64,000 bases of DNA, from assembly GCF_036321535.1 (NCBI RefSeq), contig NC_087437.1:18168001-18232000 (forward strand), in the 5' to 3' direction. Shown piece after piece: positions 1 through 11,200 of the stretch (the stretch's first letter is position 1; the number at the start of each line of letters is the position of its first letter). This DNA comes from Camelus dromedarius (lineage: Eukaryota). A model generated the notes under the pieces. The model was not told the DNA's origin and searched no databases. It saw nothing but the letters and a program-made list of their open reading frames with translations. The position numbers were made by a program, and so were the translations under genes.

Positions 1-2062
1 TCAAGATCTCCCATCTCTGCCCCTCTATATCTCTTCCCCAAACTAGCACCTCCCTTCAGTATCACCAAAATTCCTGCCCTCATCTTCTGCTCAAGGATCA
101 TTTTCCTGGAGTCTATATCCTAGCATTGCTCCCCCACAACAAATCTTGGCAGTGAGCATCTCACTGGCTGTAGGACAGCTCCCAGTCCTCTAGCTGCAGG
201 TTTCTGCACCCATACTGCTACATGGACCATGTATGTCCATGATGATGGTTTTCCCATCTAAAAAGAATTGAGGGAAGAAATGAAGACCGTGTGGAACCTA
301 CATAGCCTAGCTGTCCATGACTGTCCTTTATTCTGAGATTGTGGTTTTCCATAATTTTTATATCAAAATATTTTTCTCTTCTAAATGATGGTGATTCTAA
401 TAATTAGTTTTTGTCCTTACTGGGCAAAATAAAAATTTAGTGGTCTTCTTTGGGGCCTGGAACCTTTTATATGAAAATTTACTCATTCACATAATCCTAA
501 AGTCTGGAGATCACCAAATCATTAACAAATACAAAATGTGTTTTGTTTTATTTGTTTTTAAGGTGGAGAGAGGAGGAGTTGATTCATGGGGTAAAATACA
601 AAGAGTCCAGAAGAGGTTACAAACTAAGCTTTGCCATTCAACCATCACGCCTTAGCATATCTCTTTCTTAATAGCGGATTTTAGAGCTGGGAGTGAGTGT
701 GAGGAGCCTGGGGCACTAAGCATCAGTGAGGAAGAGGGACAGGTGAGATGGGACATCTGTGATGTCATCACACCTGTGCAAGGGCTAATTCTGCCCTAGA
801 ACTTTGGCCCTAAAAGAACTACCTATAATTCAGGGGACACCTTGATATTGGCATGTGCTGGCAACAGGAAAAACATGGATTTTGTGGATAGCATCCATAT
901 TCCTGCCACATTTTGCTTTATCACCAAAGGGAGCAAGATTTGGATTTCCCACCCAAAACCTTGCTTGGCAAACAAATAGGGACCTGAAATGATGCATACT
1001 GTCCAAATTCTTTTCTGAATATGCTGGGCACTTTTTAAAATTAAAAATCCATATATTATTAGTCATTCCAACTGGGACTCAAAAACATAGCCAGGTCTAG
1101 AAAGCTGATGAATGCTGGGCAGTATTTTGATTAGTCGCGTTTACTGGCTTTCAAATTGAATTTTGAGACTCAAATGAGATGTATATTTGAGCCATTTATA
1201 CCTCCTGTCCACAGTCAAGGGAATATTATCTTGTTACTCCCACAAGCCAAACCAAATGGAAATGAGTCACTGCATGGCTGAGTCCTGTCCTTGGACACCC
1301 ACACGAGGCTGAAACTCCGGGTTCAATCGTCATTTTTCTTAATCATATCTGATTCAGCAGCGTAAGCATATGACAAGGACATGCTGAGTTTCTCCTGAAG
1401 AATCTGGGATGGACTTATCACCAGGAAAGAGCAGGCTGGCTCTCCCGCTTCTGAATTTGTTTTTTCAGAGCCCACACTCAGGGCCGAAGATCTCTGGACA
1501 TAGTGGTATTCAGCCTGTTATTTTTCAAAAATATTTCTATACTGTGGATAAGAAATATTCCTTATTCCTCTGGAGGACAGAGACCCAGTTTTGGTGCAAT
1601 GATATAAATAAAGTCCCACAACGCTAGAGTTAGGACATGAACTTCTTTGTATGTTAGTGTACATGCTGAGATCGTTTTACCTCTGAGTCCCAGATTTGGT
1701 GAAAAAAAAAGTTTCTACAAGTTTTTAAAGAATCCCTTACCACTGACCAACTAGAGAGAAGATGAGATACCAGGCCTGTGTTCTTGGCCACAGGGCTGAG
1801 GTGTACACCTGGCAGCCAGAGGGCCAGAGCCCCAGGGAGCCAGCCTCGCAGTCACTGCAGGACATTTTGAGTCAGAATTCTCTCTTCCCAATTCAGGCTT
1901 CACAACTGCCCCATTACTGAGGGTTTGAACGTGTATTCTGACTTCATTCCTCCCCTGACTGAGCACATCACCAGGATGTGGTCCCTGCTCCTCCTGCTTG
2001 TCATGTAACTGAGATTTCCCCGAGGGGTTCCCCTGTCCCGGAAGACCTATGTTAGACTGGTT

Positions 2063-2225
2063 TTTGTTTTTTTCTTCTTTCTTTTTTTTTTTTTTTTTTG
2101 AAGGGAGGGGTGTAATTAGGTTTATTTATTTATTATTGTTATTTTTTTAATGGGGGTAGTGGAAATTGAACCCAGGACCTCATGCATGCTAAGCATGTGC
2201 TCTACCACTGAGCTATATCCTCCCC
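2063..2225 (-). mobile_element. tRNA-derived SINE (camelid Vic-1-like)
   Basis: Reverse complement of the ggggagg-tatagctcagtggtagag...cctgggttcaat head, with a poly-T tail at 2063-2099. Imperfect target-site duplication (TSD) ctatgttagactgg / ctatgtgagactg. Confidence 0.85.
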
Positions 2226-2306
2226 TCTATGTGAGACTGTTTTGAGCCCTCATTTCACACCTTGGGAAAGTCTCCTGCCCACTCCCAGATTTCCCAGAAT
2301 TCCCAG

Positions 2307-2485
2307 GACCTACTGTATAGCACAGGGAACTATATTCAATTTCTTGTAATAACATATAGTGGAAAAGAATCTGAAAAGAAAATACATATCTATGTGTGTA
2401 TGTATAACTGAATCACTTTGCCATACACCTGAAACTAACACTGTAAATCAACTACACTTCAATAAAAATTTTTAAAAATAAGAAA
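2307..2485 (+). mobile_element. 5'-truncated L1 3' end (artiodactyl type)
   Basis: ctactgtatagcacagggaactatattcaa...actgtaaatcaactacacttcaataaaa, the same 3' UTR as the copies at 13.3, 31.3 and 40.5 kb. Confidence 0.8.
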
Positions 2486-2489
2486 CTAC

Positions 2490-3605
2490 AGAAAGTTCCC
2501 ATGTAAGTCCTACCTCCACACATACAGTCTCCCCTACTACCAACATCCAGCATCGAAAATGCACATCTGTTACAATCAATGAACCTACACTGATACATCG
2601 TTATCACCCAAAGTGCATAGTTTACATTAGGCGTAACACTTTTGGTATGGGTTTCCATAAATGTATCATAGATATCCACTCATTATGGTATCACGTAGAA
2701 TAGCCTCACTGCCCTAAATATCTCCTGTGCGCCTCCTATTCATCCCTCTAGAACCCCAAGCCCCTGACAAATCACTGATTTTTTTTTTTACTGCCTCTAT
2801 AGTTTTGCCTTTTCCAGAATGTCATATAGTTAGAATCACATAGTATATAGCCTTCTCAGGTTAGCTTCTTTCACTTAAAAATATGCAATTAAAGTTCCCT
2901 CATATCTTTTCATGTTTTGATAGCTCGTTTCTTTTTAGCAGTAGATAATATTCCATTGTCTGGATATACTACAGTTTATTTATCCATTTACCTACTGAAG
3001 GACATCTTGGTTATGTCCAGGTTTTGTCAATTATGAATATTTGAAGTTTTTATAAACATCTATGTGCAGGTTTTTTGGTGGACTTAAGTTTTCAAACTAT
3101 ATGGGTAAATACCAAGGAGTGCGACTGCTGGATCAGGTGGTAAGAGTTTGTTTCCTTTTCTAAGAAATCGCCGAACTGTCTTCCAAAATGGGTGCACCAT
3201 TTTGCATTCCCACCAGCAATGAATGAGAGTTCCTGTTGCTCCACATCCTCATTAGAACTTGGTGTTAGTGTTTCGGACTTTAGCCAATCTAACAGTTATG
3301 TATCTTGTTGTTGTTTAAATTTGTAATTCCCTAAGGACATATGATGTTGAGCATCTTTTCAGATGCTTATTTGTCATCGGTATATTTTCTTTGATGAGGA
3401 AGTCTTCAGATCTTTTCTCCATTATTTAATCAGGTTGTTCGTTTTGTTCTTGTTGACTCTCAAGAGTTCTTTGTATATTTTGGATGAGTCCTTGACCCCA
3501 AATTTTTTTGGATAAAAAAAAAATCTTTTACAAATGTTTTTCTTTTGCAAATATCTTCCTTTGGCAAGTATTTTCTCTCCATCTGTAGCCTATCTTATTG
3601 TCTTG
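2490..3605 (-). mobile_element. Old L1 (L1MB/L1MC-like), 3' portion
   Basis: Typical antisense L1 blocks such as ttttgccttttccagaatgtcatatagtt, ttccattgtctggatatactacagtttatttatccattta and cattttgcattcccaccagcaatgaatgagagttcctgttgctccacatcc. Confidence 0.8.
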
Positions 3606-4071
3606 AGGTGGATAGTTATTTTTATTCTCAATTTTTAAAGATACAATTCTGTCACCTGGTTTCTATGGTGCAATTGATGTAATGGCTGTAATTCCTTTCT
3701 TTCAGGTTTTTTAAAGATTTTTCTCTTTGGTATTTCTGCAGTACTACAGTACATTCAGATATGGTTTTATTTTTGGTTCTCTTTCCTGGAACTACTGTAC
3801 CACCTTCATATGGGATTAAAGGCTTTCATCAATTATAGAAAATCCTTAGCCAATAGCTTATCAAACATTGTCTTTCTCTCATTCTCTTTATTCTCTTCTT
3901 CTGGTATGCCTATTGGATGTATGTTGGAACTTCTCATCCTGTCCTCTGTGCCTCCTACTGCTATTTCATGTTTTCCATCTCTTTATTTGTGTCTGTATTT
4001 TGCAAACTCTCAGTTCTATCTTGTAGTCTATGAATGCTAACTTCAGCTGTATTTAATCTGTTAATTACCTG

Positions 4072-4616
4072 TTGTTGGTTTCCTACTGCTGCCACAACAA
4101 ATTTTGAGAAACTTTGCAGCTTCCAGCACCACCCTTTTATTATGTCACAATTTCTGTAGGTCAGATGTCTGGCACACTGTGGTTGGCTACTTGATACTTA
4201 AATCAAAGTATCAACCATGGCTGTAGTTCTCATATGGGGTTTGAGGTCTTCTACTGAGATTGCTGTTGGTTAGAAGAATTCAGTTCTTTGCAGCTGTAGA
4301 TCTGAGGTCCCTATTTCTCTGACTTGTGAATCCTTTCATCTTCGAATCAACTGGTGCATTGAATCCTTCTCATTCCTCTAATCTCTTCCTTTTGTCTGCG
4401 TTTCTCTCACTCCCTGTCCTGCCTTCCTCTTTTGCTTCTCAGGGCTCATAGGATTACACTGGATTGCCCTGAATAATTAAAGATAATCTCTCTATTTTCA
4501 GGTCCCCTGATTAGTAACTTTACATCTGTAAAATTCCTTTTGCCACATAACATAATATAACTGTGATATAACATAAAGAGGAGGAAATCATAGGGCCCAA
4601 AATTGTGCCTCCTACA
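4072..4616 (-). mobile_element. MaLR (MLT1-like) solo LTR
   Basis: tttcctactgctgccacaacaaa...tcacaatttctgtaggtcag...ggattacactggattgccctgaataattaaagataatctctctattt...aaattccttttgccacataac are hallmark reverse-strand MLT1 blocks. Confidence 0.7.
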
Positions 4617-4854
4617 CTGTCCACTGAGTTTTTTGTTTCAATAATTATGTATTTAATTCCTAAGAATTCTAGGTTGGGGAGGGTGGTGGTTGTGGTCAAA
4701 TCTTCCTGTTCTTTTTTCATGGTGACTTTTATTTACTTGTAATTTTGGTTCCTTCCTTTATGTCTTTAACCAGTATTATTTGATTTTCTTGGGGGGGATC
4801 CATTATAACTATTTGTTAAGCCTTGTGATCTTAGTCATAATCAAGTGATCTGCA

Positions 4855-5022
4855 GGAGTCTCCTGTGGGAGCTGATTCTGTACATCTCTTCCCAACTCTA
4901 CATTCAATGATCTCACATTTGGTAGCTTGAAATCAGCCATAGTGAGAGTATTTATGCCACACAAACTGGCAAAAACTATAAAGTCAGCAATTGTTTTTTT
5001 CTTTTGAGAGTTGGCTTACCAC
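4855..5022. mobile_element. MER63-like hAT DNA transposon fragment
   Basis: gagctgattctgtacatctcttcccaactctacattcaatgatctcacatttggtagcttgaaatcagcca resembles the recalled MER63 consensus. Confidence 0.55.
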
Positions 5023-6619
5023 CGTTTATCATAGATTTCGAATTTTGAGTTTTGAGCTCAAATTTGACAGGGCTTTAAATGCAGACATTTATTCAATCTA
5101 CACTGCGGGCTCGTGCAATTGCTTCTACAAGTCATTCTTGATGTGTTATCAGCCCAGAATCACCTTTTCATGTTATTTTCTTAGTACGGGAGTTCCAGGA
5201 CTGTGATGCAGGCTGTGTCAATTCAAACCCAATCGTGTATGAAACATAAACTCATGATAATATATTCTCAGAAGATTTTTCTTTTTTCCTGCATAGAGAC
5301 CAGGTTGGACTAAGCCTCCTTGTTTTCTCCCTGGGCCAGTGAGCTGACTTTTCTAGTCCATCCCTTCACTGTATAAATTGATGAATACGTTATTGAATGA
5401 ATCTTGTCTACTTGTTTTCAAATTTTGTCCCCTGATGCTCTGAGGGATTCTAATAAATGACCCAAGCAGCTACTTCAGGGATTAAGAGAAAAGTGGGAAG
5501 ATTCTTGCCTCCATCCTGTGAACCAGGTGTACTGCCAGTGCTCAAGGCCTAGCGGGTTCACTCGGGATTCGAGCAGGCAGAAGAACACTCTCAGAGCCGG
5601 AGGTGTCTCCGACATGCCTTTATCACGGAGGAGTACACAGGCTTCAATGGTGGCGGCAAAAAATCCCATCTGCCTTATGTATCAAAGCAAACAAAGCCAG
5701 CACCCAGCCAGCTATTACCTAGGAGCGAACCAGTGTGCTTGCACAGTGCAAATCATGCTTACATAACACTACGTGGGTCCTGCGCATGCAGGATAACACA
5801 GCTGAGTCACTGGGCACCAGATGTCCGGCAAGGGAGACTGAGTGACTCCATTTTCCCTACACCAGGGTAGCACACCCCTCTCCTCCCTTGCACTGCCACA
5901 CAAGCTCGCACACAAACACACTTTTTATCTACATCCCACATTAGTCTTTCTGACGATACCACAGACAACGAAAGGAGGTTCCTCTTTTTTTAATTATGAA
6001 ATTTCTGGGATATCCTGAAACTTTTTCTTTATTTTCTTTCTGATACACAACATAGTGATTCACTACTTCTGTTCATAACAAAACCTTTACTTTAATAATG
6101 GGGAAACTGAGGCACAGAGGTATTAGCCAACAATGTATAATATCATCCTATGATTTGGTAAAGAGGATTAATGTATTGATGATTTGGGGAAGAGTGTTTG
6201 GTGGTATGCTGTTAAAAGAGCTACAGTGTCGGAGAATCTCTTTGCTGTGTCATGTTGCAGGAAGCCCCCATTGCTCTGCAACTTCCAAACCAGTTTGAAT
6301 CATACAAATGTTCTCTAAACTTTTATTGTATTATTGCAATAAACCTTTTAACAGTAAAAAATAAATTAAAAAAATAAAACTTGAGACTTGAATCCAGGTT
6401 CAAGACAGGTAGAAATGATATTTGGACCCCCCCAATTTTTAAACCTCTCCATAACTAGGGACAGTGTGTGAGAAGCTGGAGTTTAGTTTCTAATCAATGT
6501 GAAGAAACACCATGTGAGAGTGATCTGTCAATCACCAAAGCTTTTAATTCTGTTACTGTCAGTCTGCCCTGCTAATGTTTGCTATTATTTTCTGAGTTCA
6601 GATCTCTGTATACAATACT

Positions 6620-6810
6620 TAGCATTTCATATGCATTAGCACATTTATGCTACAAACCAATCCAGGGAGATGATTGCTATTACTATCTCATTTTACAGGT
6701 GAAGACAATGAGGCTGGTAGAAGTGGAGTGATTGAGCTCTCTCACACGGCCAGCCAGCAGCGCGGGGAGGGGGAACCTGGCCTGTCTGGCTCCAGAGCCC
6801 GCGGTGTTCC
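6620..6810 (+). mobile_element. MIR SINE (GC-shifted)
   Basis: MIR core tactatctcattttacaggtgaagacaatgaggct...gaacctggcctgtctggctccagagcc. Confidence 0.6.
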
Positions 6811-6927
6811 AGCTCCTTCCCTCCGGCGTCTTCCCTCCTCTGTGGTCACTGGGCGAAGGCGGCGTCAACACCACGGAGGCTGCAAACAGCTTGACCACGT
6901 TCACTGCTCAGTTCCATCAAACCTCTA

Positions 6928-7548
6928 CAGTCGATTATTTGCAGATTCCCATTTGCGGATTCGCCTACTTACTAAAACGTATCATAACACTGCAGGTGCC
7001 CGCTCAGCCATGACTGGACACGTGCACACGCGGAGGGCGGAAGGCGGCGGTTGCGGGTGCTGCGTGCTCCCAGCTGAGGCTGGCAGAGCAAGGCGACCCT
7101 CGGCTTCCTTGTTCGGTTCATCCTGTAAACACGAGTCCTCTCGCACTCTATTCAGTGCCATGTTATTCACATTTGTGTGCTTTTGGTTGCTGATTTTTCT
7201 ACTTAAAATGTCCCCAAGCGTAATGCTGAAGTGCTGGCTCGTGCTCCCAAGCGCAGGCCGGCTGTGATGTGTTCGAGGGGAAAAGGATGCGTTTGGTGAG
7301 TGTCCTTCGGCGCCGGTTCTGGTGCTGTAGGCTGTGAGTTCAATGTTAATAAATCAACAATGTCTATTAAATAAGGAGTCATCAAACAGAAACACATAAA
7401 ACATGGTCTTACATTGACCGGTTGATGAAAATGGGACTAGAGGCTAACAGAAACGGACATCTGCATCCCCTCAGGAGCAATGATTCCATATTCGCTGATT
7501 CAGTGACTTTCATAGACCCTTACGACCGTGGTTGATGAGAATCAGCTG
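6928..7548 (-). mobile_element. MER82-like Tigger-family non-autonomous DNA transposon
   Basis: Termini ta|CAGTCGATT ... AATCAGCTG|ta with a TA duplication (6926-6927, 7549-7550). Internal blocks match the recalled MER82 (ctgtgagttcaatgttaataaatcaacaa, ttgaccggttgatgaaaatg). Confidence 0.75.
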
Positions 7549-7799
7549 TACTTCATCCTGCCTCATAACCTGCCTTACCTGGGTGTTTAAAGTGGCAGTG
7601 GGACGTTGGTAGGGCCACAGGGATGAAGCCCTTTCACCTCCAAGTATTTCGAGATTTTAGCCGCTGGGGGCCCTGCCTCGCCGGCCTGCGGGGTCTGCAG
7701 GCAACGCCCTCTGCTCTTGCTTTACCCTCCACAGACGGGAGCCTGGCTAATCAGGAGTGAAACTCCCTTTGAAGGTAAATAGTGAGTGGAGTGTACATT

Positions 7800-8029
7800 T
7801 GGTGGGAAACAAATGGCTCTTGGTACCATGTTGTGGAAATTATCTCACCGAGGTAGATAAAGGGGCAGGGTGAGCCCAGGTGGCACTGTGGAGTCCCCTC
7901 CTCCATCACATGGCTCGATGGTGACGTGGGTGCCAGCCTCTCGGAGAAAACTCCATCCGATGCTCAGCACTCTCAGAACTGGTCTGTCCCCCAGTCCAGC
8001 GGCGCCCCGTGTCCACTCTGCACCCCGCC
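7800..8029 (+). promoter_or_regulatory. CLDN18.2 (exon 1b) proximal promoter and 5' UTR
   Basis: Inverted GATA pair TTATCT 7840-7845 / AGATAA 7855-7860 and CRE-like TGACGTG 7922-7928, directly upstream of exon 1b. Confidence 0.6.
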
Positions 8030-8249
8030 ATGTCTGTGACCGCCTGCCAGGGCTTGGGGTTTGTGGTCTCACTGATCGGCATTGCGGGCATCATTGCAGC
8101 CACCTGCATGGACCAGTGGAGCACCCAGGATTTGTACAACAACCCGGTGACGGCCGTCTTCAACTACCAGGGCCTGTGGCGCTCCTGTGTCCGAGAAAGC
8201 TCCGGCTTCACCGAGTGCCGGGGCTACTTCACCATCCTGGGGCTGCCAG
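8030..8249 (+). CDS. CLDN18: CLDN18 exon 1b (CLDN18.2-specific; TM1 and extracellular loop 1)
   Basis: Start context ccgccATG at 8030. Encodes [73 protein letters not shown]. Donor CAG|gtaggc at 8250. Confidence 0.97.
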
Positions 8250-11200
8250 GTAGGCGCCGGCCAGGCAGGCTGGCAGGGAGCCGGGGGCTGGCAGGAGGTG
8301 GCCGCCTCTGCCAGCGGCCCTGCAGAGGGACCCAGGTGGGGGGCGGGGGGAGCAACAGCCCCCACCACCAAGGTAGGAATAAAAGTGCAGGGGACTTCAG
8401 GAGAGCAGCTTCCTGGAGCCGGGAGGGCTCCTGTACCCCTAATTGGGTGGTACCCATTTTTCCTCAACGGGCCCATTTTAAAAATAACTCTCACGTGAGC
8501 AATGGCATTGGGTCTCAATCACCCACAGGAACAGCACTCAGGAGGCCCAGACTGTAGCCACTTCCTTTAGCCCCAAGACCCTCCTTCCCTGAGTTGGGGA
8601 CTGTGAGTCTCCGGAACAGAGTTCCACCTCCAGGCCCCCTTTTCCCTGGTCCCTTTTTCCAGGGGGCACCTACACACGTGGCAGCAACAGAAAGGGGAAA
8701 GAGGAAAGGGACAGAGAAAAAGAACTGAGTGGTGTGTTTCTTTGGGGGATGCCAGATGGGTCCCTCCCTTCTCTGTACCTTTAGGCTCGTGACCTCCAGA
8801 AAGTACTGGCCACATGGAACCAGATTCAGGGAGCTCTCTGCACAGAGGACCCTTGTAGAAAGCGTAGGGCAAAGGGATGCAGGCTGTGATGCCCGCCTCC
8901 CCAGACTGGCATGTTAGCCTCACAAGGATTTGCTTGCTTGGTAGATGGGCTGTGTTAACTTGAAGAAAACATCGTGTCCAGAGTAGAGAACGTTAAGTGT
9001 CTTTCACTCAGGTAACAGAGTATAAGATCATGAATACACTTGTCATTTTTATTTCTTAGTTCTTTTTTCCTTCCATAAATACACATCGAAGTCTGGAGAG
9101 GGGCTTTGATCTAAGGGGGTCACAGTAAGGAGTATCAGAAATAGAAATTAGGGCTTCCCCTCCAGGAATTTCCCATTTGGCCATAGGGTCAAGACAGACA
9201 GGCACAGAAGGTGAGCAGTGTAGACTCAGTGATTCAGTCTTTTATTTATTCCACACTTATGGATGGAGAGCTCACTACAACCTCAGGATTCTGTGGGCCT
9301 AGCACCCCAAAACATGTGAATATGCACCCCAGGCTGGGTAGGGCAAGATACCAAGTAGGGAGGACAAAGGGCGGTGCTGCAGGAGATGAAATGAGGGTGA
9401 ACCACTCAGGAAGAGATCCAGCCAGGAGGGAATCCCACAGGGGAGCCTTGAAAGGTGGTGAGGAGTTGGAGGGGCAGCATCACAGGAGGAAAATCTTGGG
9501 CAAAGACATGAGGGTGCTTCCACCCAAGTCCTTCTTAGGAGAAAATGAAAGAATGACCTTGGTTAAAGGAGAGGGTTTATGCAGAGACGATTATAAAGAG
9601 CATCGAATGCCAAGCTCAGAGAGGAAGGTACCGGGTATCAACGGGAACTTAAGCCAGGTCCCAGCTGCTGATTCAGTGGGGTCTCCCTCCACCAGGGACT
9701 GGAGGAAGATGAGCCACTCCCACGTCGCATGTCCCGCTGATCCCTCCTTAGATCCAGGTTGAACCACCTGCCCTTGGGATTCTCCCTCCCTTCAAAGGCA
9801 AAATGCCCAAAATCCCTTTGGAGGCTCAAACCTGGGTCCACGAAGGAGAAAGTCAGCTTAACACTGACCTTGCACACACCGAGAACCAGCCTGACCTCTG
9901 AGGGGTTCCAACTGATTCATGAAGGAAAGATAACAGTGCTGAACCGAGCGCTAGCACTTGAGCCAACAACTGCCTTGCAATATTCTGTGTAATCTCTACG
10001 AATCACCCCGGGAACTTGCTGCTATCATGACCACCTTTTTAGAAACAGGAAACAAGCTGGGGTAACTTGCCCAAGGTCACACACACAGGTATCTGAGCTC
10101 ACTGTGCCAGTGTGACCAGGTGGGGAGAAAGTCCCCTGACTGTTTCTGTTTGAAGCTATCACTTCACCGTCTCCTGGTGTAAACATGATTATAAACACCA
10201 ACGTAAACATAAACCGTAAGTGGGCAGCCTGAGGATCTGGAACATACTTGTTTCAATTTCTTTTCCATTGCCACTGAAATGAAAGAACAGAATTTTAAAA
10301 TTCCCATTGAGAAGCTACACGTTCCCAAGAATGCAAGCACAGACACTCAGGCTCAGAGGGAGGGAGTCAGGCACAACCCAACTCTCTAGAGAAACCAGAG
10401 GCATAGGACAGGCAGCCACCCTTCCTCAACAAAGTCATTTCACCAAAACTATAACTGGCAACCAACCTGTCCTGGGCAAACCAGTTTTGGACAAGATCCC
10501 CTCTTGGCAGGGATGAGGAAGGAAAGACAAAGTCTTTGGTCCTCCCACACTTGCAGAAGTAATAGGGAAATAAACAGTAACACAGAAATTGTGGCATTAG
10601 GGAGGAGAGTGTAGCTCAGTGGTAGAGTGCATGCCTAGCATGCACAAGGTCCTGGGTTCAATCCCCAGTACCTCCATTAAAATAAATAAATAAACAAACA
10701 AACCTAATTACCTCTTCCCTCCTCCCCCAAAAAATGTGGCATTAGAAAGAACTTTATTGAGCACCTACTATGCCCCAAGCTGTCTGCAGATGTGGGACAT
10801 AGATATCAAAAGGCTTACAAATCTAGAAAGAGAGGCCAAAGGTAAACAAGCCATTGCAACTCAAAGTTTCTCAACCTTGGCACTATTTACATTTTAAGCC
10901 CATTTCTTCTATCCAGGATACTGTTCTGTGCAGTAAAGGATATTTAGCAGCATTTCTGTCCTCCATCCACTAGATGGGAGTAGAAGCACCCTCCCCCTTC
11001 CTGGTTATAACAAAAATGTCTCCAGACTTTGCCATATATCCCCTGGGGGCAAAACCAGCCCCAGTTAAGAATCTCTGCAGTAAGGCATAGCAAATGCCCT
11101 GTACAGTCCAAGGGGCAGACGTGAGGAGAGGAAGACTTCCTAAAGGAAAGGACAGCTGAGCTGAGTGAAAGTCATGAATGAGTACCCAAAAAGATGAAGA

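Noticed and set aside
6674..7267. 197-aa ORF upstream of exon 1b
   Set aside because: It starts at TTG and runs across MIR and MER82-like repeats. Local GC richness explains the lack of stop codons, and no protein family is recognisable.
8009..8557. 182-aa ORF as a single-exon claudin, and the 105-aa ORF at 16555-16872 as a second claudin gene
   Set aside because: Claudin similarity stops at the splice donors (8250, 16775) and the rest is intron read-through. The 8009 start is a GTG upstream of the real ATG. Both are alternative first exons of one gene.
9211..9762. 183-aa intronic ORF
   Set aside because: GTG start, purine-rich intron sequence, no recognisable domain and no supporting exon structure.
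10601..10680. tRNA genes (also at 2150-2225, 22821, 36900, 47670-47745, 51372)
   Set aside because: They have A and B boxes but are followed by a shared SINE tail, A-rich ends and target-site duplications, and the copies have diverged. They are SINE heads.
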